This document shows, one piece after another, positions 16,365 to 25,082 of a DNA stretch of 64,000 bases; position 1 is the first letter of the stretch; each line of letters opens with the position of its first letter. Made by a program: the position numbers and the translations under genes. The notes beneath the pieces are model-generated. The model was not told where the DNA came from and made no database searches. It was given only the letters and a program-made list of their open reading frames with translations. Source of the DNA: an uncultured Pseudomonadota bacterium (lineage in GTDB: Bacteria > Pseudomonadota > Alphaproteobacteria > Rs-D84); contig CADBDF010000003.1 in NCBI GenBank assembly GCA_902793435.1, forward strand, positions 26,167 through 90,166. Reading direction: 5' to 3'.

Positions 16365-19300
16365 GTGTGTAATTTGGCACTAGATAAAATCGAAAATCAC
16401 GCAGATGTTCTTCTATCTACCAAAAAGATACAAGATAGTGTAGTGGCCAATGGTGAACTGGCTGTTGCAGCAGGTCGCGATGTCAATATTTACGTACAAA
16501 TGCCGGCAAATCCGACCCCTGCAATCATGGAAGATTCGTCTTCAAGGGATTGTAAATTTAACAAAATTTTGCATAGGAATATAGATGTCGTAAAAGAATT
16601 GTTAAATACTGGTCAACCGGACAAAGCTTTGGATGAAATATTAAAAATTGAAACAATATATGAGGGCGAATTAAAGGAACCTGATGCAAAAAGACGTTTG
16701 TTACTTAATAAAGGGACTGCATTAATTCTATTAAATCGTCCATTAGAGGGTGCAAATTCTTATTTGGAGGGCTATTACTGTTCGCCGGACAATGAACTTT
16801 CTAACGCATTGCGTATAAAAGCATATTTTATCAAAAAAGATATTGCAGGACTAAAAAAAGCAATTTCTGAAGTTCCCGAAATTCATCGTACAAGCAGGGT
16901 AATCGCTGGACGTATACTTGAAGCAATTCAACTTGACATAAAAAACTTCCCCACAATGCCAGCAGAAATAAACGAAGTGTGTTTTGACGATGTTGCAAAC
17001 TGTCTGATAGCAAGCAAATTTTATTCTGTACGTGGAGATGAGACCAATGCCGCGAAATTTTTTAATCAAGCGAAAGATATAAATCCTGACGATTGGCAGA
17101 TTTTGGCTTGGGAAGGTACGCGATATATGGGAGATGAGCCACAAAAACAGCCCATAGGTGCGATTAGATCAGCCAAAGATTCACTAGAAAAAGCATGGAA
17201 TTTAATTAAAAATCAGACCAATGTACCGTTTGCCGAATTGTTATATATCCCCATAAACTTAGCTAGTGCGTACAGATTACTGAACATGCAAAAAGAGGAA
17301 CGCGACCTTATAGAAAATCTATATTCACGTTTCCCTGAAGATCCAGATGTATTGTTAAAAAAAATCCTTAACGCCGATGATTGTGCGGAAGCGGCACAAT
17401 TATCAGACAAACTTGATGTCAATAAAGGCTTTTATTATGCAGGATTGGCAGCGATATCATACATCAATAATAAGCAATATAATAAAGCATTATCTGTGTT
17501 ACAAAAAGCTCCGCACGACGCGAATTACGACCAATTAGAAATCGATTTAAGAACCTGCATATGTTACAAAGAGTTAAATAATATTACAGCGGTTGACAAT
17601 ATTATTAAAAAACAAAAATCGGTCGCTGCAAAGAAATTACTTATGCATATAAAAACTGGCAACGTGCGAGATTTAATTCAAGCACGCCGATTTCTGAAAC
17701 CCACAGATTGTGTATATATCAAAACAGAAATTGCGACAAGATTATATAAGGCACAATTATATACAGAAGCATCACCTGTGTACAAAGAAATAATCAAGAT
17801 TGTTGGTTTACACGATGTCATTTTATCACATTATTTAGATTGTTTACATAGGACATCTGATGTTTCGGGCATGTATAAAGTATTATCATCTGTTCCCAAT
17901 GAATACATTAATAATACTATATTGCAATATTGGGCTTTTTATCATGAGACTATGGGAGACAATGAAAAAGCCACATTATTTTTCAAAAAAGTATTCGACC
18001 AACAACCAGAAAATTCGAGAGTTGCAGTAAATCTGGCTATTATGTATCACCGGAACGATAATGAAGAAGCTTTGTTAAAACTATTGGATAAATTACCATC
18101 AAATTTAAATAAAATGTTTGGTGATGTCAAAGCTAAATGGCAGTTGCTTCACCTTATGTACGAACACAAGTTTGCAATGGAAACTCTCCCACAAAAAGCG
18201 TATGAATTAATAACTGAAAATCTTTATGATGAAGAATCTTGGAAAAACTATTTTACGTGGTTTATGACATGTTTAGCTGATTTCAAAATCGTAAACAATA
18301 AAACAGGTTTTATTTTGCACGACGAAGCAACCAATACCAACGAAATTTATATTATTGAAGATGACCCAAATATAAAAACCAACAAATTCTTTAATGTATT
18401 GCGAAGTTCCGATGTGTTCACAAAAAAATTAATGATGGCGGAAGAAAATTCCAATATCCAACTCGGACAAAATGGAATTGAATGCAAAGTTATTAATATT
18501 AACAATAAATACGTAACTGTAGGATGTATCATTCGCGACCAAATTTTTATACAATTTCCTGACTGTGATATAATTAGAATTGATGGGAAAACACCAGAAG
18601 AAGCCGTAGAAAAATTAAAACGACTGTTTAATTTTCAAAATCAGACACAGGATTTAATTAAAAATTATTATAAAGAAAAATATTTGCCAATATCCACGTT
18701 AGCAAATATGTTGGGAAAAGATGTAATAAGTCTAATGGAATTCCTTGCTACGGAAAAACTGATTGTATCGGAAGGGAGCGTAGTAGAGCAAAAGGATACC
18801 CAAAAACTGGTTAATAAACAAGCCGGATACATTATAGATGCGATTACTATTTTTAATGCATTTTGGTTCCATGTGGAGACCATGTTGGCAAATGTTGTTA
18901 AAGATAATCTTTACGTATCACAAAAAACCATAGATATTTTCAAATCGCTGAAAGAAGAGGAAATGCGATTCTTAAAAATGCGCGGTGGACGGCTTTTCAA
19001 AACTAATTCTGAAGACCAAAAATTGACATTTGCATCGCATGAAGACTTGAAAGACTATCAAAAAAATAAAATTAAAATGTTGGATGATATTCTTACATGG
19101 TTAGGTGAGAACGCAAAGATTATAATTCCATCTGGTGCATCAAAATTGTCTGACAACAAAGAACAGTTGCTTTCATTTTTTCAAGAAAAAGATTTAGAAA
19201 CAGCTTCTGTCATACGGTTAGCTAAGGATAAAAACTTAAACTTGTTGTCTGACGATTATATGCTGCGGGCAATGGCGAAAAAACAATTTGAAATAGATGG

Positions 19301-19721
19301 ACTATGGCTTCAAGGATTATTCATGTACAGCCCTTTTGCCAATAGTAATGAATATGTGGAATACGTTGTAAATTCTATAAAAAATAACCATAGCTTTATA
19401 AGTTTTAACTCTGCCAATCTATTTAAAATTTTTATCAAAGGGGGACCGGACATAAAAACTTTAGTAAACCAAATGAGAGCATGTTCATCAGAAAGCGCTA
19501 TAATAGTCGCAACAGAATTTTATAGTAAATTGATAACATTTGACAAAAACACACCACAAATTGCGTTTATGTTGATAGATGCTGTCTTGAATAGTGGCAC
19601 GCATACAGAATATAATATCAGATTAAGAGGCATGTTGGCAATTGCAAAGCACGATGCAATCTTTGACCGAGCACTACATGATTGGTGTACGGGACACTGT
19701 TTACCATATCCACAGGAATAA
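16365..19721 (+). CDS. 1118-aa TPR-repeat protein with a GreA/B C-terminal-like domain and a PIN-like domain
   Basis: TPR-like repeats over about residues 70-620 (e.g. ATLFFKKVFDQQPENSRVAVNLAIMY). Residues ~650-715 (EIYIIEDDPN...SSDVFTKKLMMAEENSNIQLGQNGIECKVININ) fit the GreA/B C-domain pattern. Residues ~815-1010 (GYIIDAITIFN...ETASVIRLAKDKNLNLLSDDYMLRAMA) look PIN-like. Start codon (GTG 16365 or TTG 16374) is uncertain. Confidence 0.7.
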   Translation: MCNLALDKIENHADVLLSTKKIQDSVVANGELAVAAGRDVNIYVQMPANPTPAIMEDSSSRDCKFNKILHRNIDVVKELLNTGQPDKALDEILKIETIYEGELKEPDAKRRLLLNKGTALILLNRPLEGANSYLEGYYCSPDNELSNALRIKAYFIKKDIAGLKKAISEVPEIHRTSRVIAGRILEAIQLDIKNFPTMPAEINEVCFDDVANCLIASKFYSVRGDETNAAKFFNQAKDINPDDWQILAWEGTRYMGDEPQKQPIGAIRSAKDSLEKAWNLIKNQTNVPFAELLYIPINLASAYRLLNMQKEERDLIENLYSRFPEDPDVLLKKILNADDCAEAAQLSDKLDVNKGFYYAGLAAISYINNKQYNKALSVLQKAPHDANYDQLEIDLRTCICYKELNNITAVDNIIKKQKSVAAKKLLMHIKTGNVRDLIQARRFLKPTDCVYIKTEIATRLYKAQLYTEASPVYKEIIKIVGLHDVILSHYLDCLHRTSDVSGMYKVLSSVPNEYINNTILQYWAFYHETMGDNEKATLFFKKVFDQQPENSRVAVNLAIMYHRNDNEEALLKLLDKLPSNLNKMFGDVKAKWQLLHLMYEHKFAMETLPQKAYELITENLYDEESWKNYFTWFMTCLADFKIVNNKTGFILHDEATNTNEIYIIEDDPNIKTNKFFNVLRSSDVFTKKLMMAEENSNIQLGQNGIECKVININNKYVTVGCIIRDQIFIQFPDCDIIRIDGKTPEEAVEKLKRLFNFQNQTQDLIKNYYKEKYLPISTLANMLGKDVISLMEFLATEKLIVSEGSVVEQKDTQKLVNKQAGYIIDAITIFNAFWFHVETMLANVVKDNLYVSQKTIDIFKSLKEEEMRFLKMRGGRLFKTNSEDQKLTFASHEDLKDYQKNKIKMLDDILTWLGENAKIIIPSGASKLSDNKEQLLSFFQEKDLETASVIRLAKDKNLNLLSDDYMLRAMAKKQFEIDGLWLQGLFMYSPFANSNEYVEYVVNSIKNNHSFISFNSANLFKIFIKGGPDIKTLVNQMRACSSESAIIVATEFYSKLITFDKNTPQIAFMLIDAVLNSGTHTEYNIRLRGMLAIAKHDAIFDRALHDWCTGHCLPYPQE

Positions 19722-19733
19722 TTGCTTTTTGAT

Positions 19734-21362
19734 TTAACATCCATAAAACGCAGATTCTTGTTTATCAAAATCTGCGTATTTTTGTGCGATACCGAACAAG
19801 GTTTGCAGGTTCACGTGTGCAGGTACTTCGCCTTCCAGTATGTCGCCAATTATTTTAGGTGACAGGTATGCCAGGTTCATGTATTTATATACCGTTCTAT
19901 CGGCACGATGTTCTGTGCGTTTAATCTGGTCAACCGGAACACCGGCTTCGTATTGCTTTTTATATTTCCATCCGAATGCCAGTGCCTTGGTCAATATCTG
20001 TGCGTTTTCTGTTTTTGTATGTATTGATACTTCGCCACCATCACATCGGTGGTTTATACAGGTTCGCGTATTCACATAGAACTGTGTTTCCACAACCGCA
20101 TATTTACCATCGTTGGTTATATACATATGCATAGGTTCTACTTTTGAATTTATGGTGTCTGTTTTGAATTGTTCCAGATAACCCATGTCGTCAATCTTGA
20201 TGAATATTGCCAGGGCATTTTTGTTAAACACTATTTTATCAACCATTTGTTGCATCAATTCGTCTGAATAACAAGTTTGTTTGAATTCTAATCGCTTGGC
20301 TTCCGGTATAGCAATCATATCAGAATCCAAGAATCTTTTTATCGTATCTGTAACAATCTGTTCCACATCGCCAGCCGGTAATGATATTTTATCGGCTTTG
20401 TAATAGCGGTATTTTTTCAATCTGTTATCTTTGTTGCTTTGTTGGTTCTTGAATATCTGGCCATCCGGTGTTTGTATCTTATTATGCAACAATGATTTAC
20501 CGATGGTGTAACCCGCATTTTTGTGATTGTTGCCATCGTGCAGTTTCTGTTGCACATCGTTAAATAATTTTTCATCAAGTATCGCTTCATGCAATCCGTT
20601 AAATGTCTCTTTGCTTCGCTTGTTTGCAATCTTGCCAATATATACCGGATTTTTCAGGATTCTGTCCAATGAACTGGTGGCTATGATTGTACCACCTTTT
20701 TGTTGGCCTTTGTTGGTTGTCCATGTCTTTCCGCGTATTCCCATATCAATCAGTCGCAAGCGGCAATCTGACATACCAGTACTTATCATATATGTATTAA
20801 ATATCCGGCGGACTGTTTCGGCTTCGGTTTCATTTACCACCAACTTCCCATCGATAACATCGTACCCAAGCGGTGGTATTCCACCAATCCACATCCCCTT
20901 TGCTTTTGTGGCACGGATTTTATCACGCACACGTTCCCCAGACACTTCGCGTTCAAATTCTGCGAACGATAGTAGCATGTTCAGGGTTAGTTTGCCCATG
21001 GCAGTGCTAGTATCGAATGATTGCGTTATGCTGACCAGATTGCAGTTATGTGGTTCAAAATCTTCCTTCATCATGCGTTTAAAGTCATATATGCTACGCG
21101 ACAATCTGTCGATTTTATAAACCAGAACACATTGTATTCGACCAGCTTTGATATCGGCCAGCATTTCCTGTAAACCTGGACGGGCCATCGTTCCGCCAGA
21201 AATCGCCGCATCACTGTAAGTCTTGTAATATTGCCAACCATTAAACGATTGGGAAGCAATATACGCTTTACAAGACTCTTCTTGGTTTTGCAGAGAATTA
21301 AACTCCTGTTCCAATCCATGTTCAGTTGATTTACGCGTATAAATAGCACATCTAATCGTCAT
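19734..21362 (-). CDS. large serine recombinase
   Basis: 542 aa. N-terminal resolvase catalytic domain (CAIYTRKSTEHGLEQEFNSLQNQ, VLVYKIDRLSRS), a recombinase domain (GGIPPLGYD) and a long C-terminal extension. Confidence 0.9.
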   Translation of the reverse strand: MTIRCAIYTRKSTEHGLEQEFNSLQNQEESCKAYIASQSFNGWQYYKTYSDAAISGGTMARPGLQEMLADIKAGRIQCVLVYKIDRLSRSIYDFKRMMKEDFEPHNCNLVSITQSFDTSTAMGKLTLNMLLSFAEFEREVSGERVRDKIRATKAKGMWIGGIPPLGYDVIDGKLVVNETEAETVRRIFNTYMISTGMSDCRLRLIDMGIRGKTWTTNKGQQKGGTIIATSSLDRILKNPVYIGKIANKRSKETFNGLHEAILDEKLFNDVQQKLHDGNNHKNAGYTIGKSLLHNKIQTPDGQIFKNQQSNKDNRLKKYRYYKADKISLPAGDVEQIVTDTIKRFLDSDMIAIPEAKRLEFKQTCYSDELMQQMVDKIVFNKNALAIFIKIDDMGYLEQFKTDTINSKVEPMHMYITNDGKYAVVETQFYVNTRTCINHRCDGGEVSIHTKTENAQILTKALAFGWKYKKQYEAGVPVDQIKRTEHRADRTVYKYMNLAYLSPKIIGDILEGEVPAHVNLQTLFGIAQKYADFDKQESAFYGC

Positions 21363-21792
21363 GTTTTTTCCTTTTGTTTATACCAAAGAAGAAATTACCA
21401 GACATTTTCATGCCTGCGATTTTAGTTGCAACTGCCGACAATGTTGAATATTTGTCACCGTTATATGAAAAACTGCCATCATCATTGACTAAGATGGTGT
21501 ATTTTATACCCTTGAAATATCGGGTTAAAATTGTGCCTGGGACAAAGTTATATTTATTTGGACATGCATGGTCTAAACATTGTTCTGGATTATCCTTGTA
21601 TTTTCGAATTTTTACCAAATATTTATGTTCAATTCGTAGGTTTAAGCGATCACATTGAATATAATACCAAAGCGACCGCAGTTGCCTTTTAAATGGATAT
21701 TGTGAGTATTTTGCCCATAATCGAACTCGTTCATCAAAAGACAATGCTTTCAACTCATCCATCGTCTTTGGCATGTTATCTTTATATGACAT
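21352..21792 (-). CDS. DUF2924-family protein (usual upstream partner of large serine recombinases)
   Basis: 146 aa. GTILTRYFKGIKYTILVNDDGSFSYNGDKYSTLSAVATKIAGMKMSGNFFFG matches the DUF2924 C-terminal pattern. Overlaps the recombinase gene by 11 nt. Confidence 0.7.
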   Translation of the reverse strand: MSYKDNMPKTMDELKALSFDERVRLWAKYSQYPFKRQLRSLWYYIQCDRLNLRIEHKYLVKIRKYKDNPEQCLDHACPNKYNFVPGTILTRYFKGIKYTILVNDDGSFSYNGDKYSTLSAVATKIAGMKMSGNFFFGINKRKKHDD

Positions 21793-21941
21793 ATCGGCTC
21801 CTTTATAACGTCACGCAATTACCGCTCTAAAGTTGCCGAAAGTCAAGTTAATAAGCCCCTTGTTTTTTATTTTACAAAAATATTTATGTATGATACTATA
21901 CAAGAAAGCGATAAAAATATTAATATAAAGGCTTTGACATT

Positions 21942-22814
21942 ATGGATTATGAAAATATTTTCAAGGATTTTTTGGATTTAATTTATCACAATGACATTTT
22001 GCCAAATGAAATTGTTTGTGTTTTAGAAAAATATAGCAAAAACAGAGATTTTCGGTTAATTTGTGATTTATTGTATTATAAAGAGAAGTATTGTAAAACT
22101 GCTGGCGATCCAAGGACACAACAATTTTATACGGAATTGACTATGCATGCTCGCGCTTTACAGGACATCAATATTTGGCGAGACGCAATGTCGTTAAATA
22201 ATTTAAGCTATTTGAAAGCCGCTCTTAATAATGACGCTCATAATGATACTCATAGGTCGGATCCTGCAATTATTAAACCGATGATGCAACAATTGATAAG
22301 GGCAGCCAACTTAAAACCTGATGGATATCTCATTAATAATATCGATAAAAAATATACGCAAAACACTACAAATCTAAACTCAGATAAAATACTTACACTA
22401 GATAATTTAAAAATTGGTGATGAAGTAGATCATCATTTTTTACGTGATCATTTTAAAATCAATATTCAACGAGGTATGCACTTTAAACAAAAGATAATTT
22501 TAATATCTAAATTTTCTGCTTATGCGGATGAAGAAAGAGACGGCATATTACATTATTTGGGACATAATATTGTAAACGATCATGGAGGTAAATTTAATCA
22601 AACACGAACCGGAGAGAATGAGAGATTTTGTGATGCGATTGATAATTTTAAAAAGGGCGGCCAGGTTTCGTATTTTAAAATTTTTCAAAAAAGAAACAAA
22701 TGGATGTACAAAGGAGAATACGCTCTGATAGATTATAATTATACAGGTTCTAAAAATCCAAATGATATAAATTCTGATAGAAAAGTATATGAATTCTTAT
22801 TACGAAAAAAATAG
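21942..22814 (+). CDS. hypothetical protein; C-terminal half possibly an SRA/PUA-like modified-base reader
   Basis: 290 aa. GILHYLGHNIVNDHGGKFNQTRTGENERFCDAIDNFKKGGQVSYFKIFQKRNKWMYKGEYALIDY loosely follows the Y.G.GG...Q.l..gN.al...g.pv.vf.....y.Y.G.Y pattern of SRA-type readers. Weak call. Confidence 0.3.
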   Translation: MDYENIFKDFLDLIYHNDILPNEIVCVLEKYSKNRDFRLICDLLYYKEKYCKTAGDPRTQQFYTELTMHARALQDINIWRDAMSLNNLSYLKAALNNDAHNDTHRSDPAIIKPMMQQLIRAANLKPDGYLINNIDKKYTQNTTNLNSDKILTLDNLKIGDEVDHHFLRDHFKINIQRGMHFKQKIILISKFSAYADEERDGILHYLGHNIVNDHGGKFNQTRTGENERFCDAIDNFKKGGQVSYFKIFQKRNKWMYKGEYALIDYNYTGSKNPNDINSDRKVYEFLLRKK

Positions 22815-22823
22815 GCAATTTGA

Positions 22824-24107
22824 ATGAAGTTGCAAGAAAAATTAAATAATATTTCAAAAACATCAAAATTATCTTTATTGAAAGACGGCCGGTCGGTTGA
22901 TTTGGATGAGTTTTGGACCACATTTATAGAACCTTTTCTTCCGCCCAAAAAAGCAGTTGAGGGTTGGCATAAAATTTTGAAGAAATATATAAACGAAAAA
23001 AATGCTATTTTTTCGATACGGAAGTTTGGTAGTTATCGTGATAACAAAACAAAAGATCGCAAAACGTTGAGGCGCGGGTTCCTTAACCTAACAAATCTTG
23101 GTATTAACGCATTTTTTATTGATAATTTTTTTACATCGTATTTCTTTTCAATGGCTTATGATGGTTATGTGCCTGATTATAATGATTTCAAAGAAATGAT
23201 GCTCTCTAGAAAATTTCCGTGTGGCTATATTGTTACCAAAACAGAAACTGCACTCGCCGCATTTCATAAAGGAAAAGATCCACGTATTCAATATAAAGGT
23301 TATAAAATAGCACATATTCATGACGCTGGTCGTGATTTTAATATATCAAATATCAAGACAGTTGGTGATTTTTGTAAATTGTTTTTCCCATTAGGAGAAT
23401 ATGATGATTGGAAAGCCATAAAAAAAGATAAAAATGGACCTTATCACTATAGAAATTTATCGATAAAAAAAGACGACCAAAAACTTGTAAAACAGTTTCT
23501 GGTTGCGCATTTTTTACGAACGGTTCATCCCATAAATTATTTCTTGGTTCCTAAACAATTTTGTATTTCCTTTGTTAATGATAAGGGTGAAACCAAATAC
23601 GAAATTGGCGAATACGAACCCCTTATTAAATATGTAAGACAAAAAATCAAACAACGATACGGTGCAATTTATAATCAATATCTTGCATTAATTAAACGTA
23701 TCGATGACGAACAAACAGAGCAAGAAAACATTATTATAAATGCGGTTTATGGTTTAAATGGTTTTAGAAAAAACAAATCTAAAAAAACAACAAAAAAAAT
23801 TAAAACATTGAAAAAATCTAGCGGTTCATCAGGCATAGGGAAAATTGTACGAGAAACACTAATTCCTGGTCTGAACAAAATTCCGTCGGCAGAGATCAAA
23901 AAACTGCAAACTAAACAGTATTCCAAGAATACTTTTGATATAAATTATCCTCTTTTATCTAAAAATAGATTTGATAGCAATGGTCGTCCACGTTATTACG
24001 CTACACCAATACGAATTAATGGTGCTGATTGGTATGTTTGTCAGGAATGGTATGCCAGATGTGAACCCAAATTAAGGGTATGGTTAGCATTACATAACAT
24101 AGGTTAA
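22824..24107 (+). CDS. hypothetical protein; possible His-Me finger (HNH-like) nuclease
   Basis: 427 aa, starting 10 nt after the previous gene. KIAHIHDAGRDFNISNIKTV and LVAHFLRTVHPINYFLVP resemble H-N-H cores lacking Cys ligands. Has a Lys-rich linker and a C-terminal RPRYYATPIRINGADWYVCQEWY module. Weak call. Confidence 0.3.
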   Translation: MKLQEKLNNISKTSKLSLLKDGRSVDLDEFWTTFIEPFLPPKKAVEGWHKILKKYINEKNAIFSIRKFGSYRDNKTKDRKTLRRGFLNLTNLGINAFFIDNFFTSYFFSMAYDGYVPDYNDFKEMMLSRKFPCGYIVTKTETALAAFHKGKDPRIQYKGYKIAHIHDAGRDFNISNIKTVGDFCKLFFPLGEYDDWKAIKKDKNGPYHYRNLSIKKDDQKLVKQFLVAHFLRTVHPINYFLVPKQFCISFVNDKGETKYEIGEYEPLIKYVRQKIKQRYGAIYNQYLALIKRIDDEQTEQENIIINAVYGLNGFRKNKSKKTTKKIKTLKKSSGSSGIGKIVRETLIPGLNKIPSAEIKKLQTKQYSKNTFDINYPLLSKNRFDSNGRPRYYATPIRINGADWYVCQEWYARCEPKLRVWLALHNIG

Positions 24108-24121
24108 CTAATATAATATTA

Positions 24122-24694
24122 TCAGTTGTATTCGCTTGCTAATTTGGTGAAAAAGCATTCGTCGTGGTATATGCCGTCGGGCGTCAATAAATATTGGCGG
24201 TTTATTCCATCAAGGTGATAGCCTGATTTAATTATAGAATTATATGAACGGATGTTGTCTTTGATACATTGGCGGCATATTCTGTTCGCCCCCAGTTGTT
24301 CAAAGGCGATTTTTTCTATTGTTCTGTGGATTTCTTGATTAAACCCGTTTCCCCAGTATTTTCGCGCCAACCAAACAGATGAACATTCAAGTGTTTTATT
24401 ATCCGGACAATAATATATTCTTTGATAGCCAATTAGTTCATTATTAAAAAACACAAACCAATCTATCCCCCTGTTTTGACAACGATTATGATAATATTGC
24501 ATTACATGCAATGTGTCTTCTTGTGATGTTGGTAAAATACTTTCCAGTCTTGAAGAATAAATAAAATCATCTGGATTTTCATTTTTTAATACGTTCCACA
24601 CTAATAGTGCATTTTCTTCATTTGGTTCAAGAATACGCATTTCCAAACGCTCTGTTTTTATATTATGACCAAATAACTCAAAAAACTTTTCCAT
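24122..24694 (-). CDS. GNAT-family N-acetyltransferase (RimJ/RimL-like)
   Basis: 190 aa. WGNGFNQEIHRTIEKIAFEQLGANRICRQCIKDNIRSYNSIIKSGY fits the acetyl-CoA-binding core of the Acetyltransf_3 type. Confidence 0.7.
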   Translation of the reverse strand: MEKFFELFGHNIKTERLEMRILEPNEENALLVWNVLKNENPDDFIYSSRLESILPTSQEDTLHVMQYYHNRCQNRGIDWFVFFNNELIGYQRIYYCPDNKTLECSSVWLARKYWGNGFNQEIHRTIEKIAFEQLGANRICRQCIKDNIRSYNSIIKSGYHLDGINRQYLLTPDGIYHDECFFTKLASEYN

Positions 24695-24705
24695 TTGTGT
24701 TTCCT

Positions 24706-25047
24706 CTATTTTTCAGGAATATCTCTTAATGTATATTCTGGTATATTATTGCCACATTTTTCTTTTAAAATAGCACGAAAATCTGTTGCAAATCTGTCTG
24801 GAATATCTCTATTTACGTTTTCATCATCTGGCATTTCATCAGAAAAAATGTAATCCACTACGCATTTACAAGTTTTTTTGTTGTCTGCCAATTTTATGTC
24901 TTTGAATTCTTGTGCCGCATGTTTTACACAATCTTGGTATTCTTGTTTAGCTATATCATCAATCATTTTATTCCAGGCGTTTTTAGTATCGTTACTGTTA
25001 TCACAAGCACATATAAACAAAGATAATATTATAAATATTTTTTTCAT
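24706..25047 (-). CDS. small secreted protein or possible lipoprotein
   Basis: 113 aa with N-terminus MKKIFIILSLFICACDN. Lies 11 nt upstream of the GNAT gene. Confidence 0.5.
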   Translation of the reverse strand: MKKIFIILSLFICACDNSNDTKNAWNKMIDDIAKQEYQDCVKHAAQEFKDIKLADNKKTCKCVVDYIFSDEMPDDENVNRDIPDRFATDFRAILKEKCGNNIPEYTLRDIPEK

Positions 25048-25082
25048 AACACCCCCTTTTTATTCGGCAATATACCATAAAT

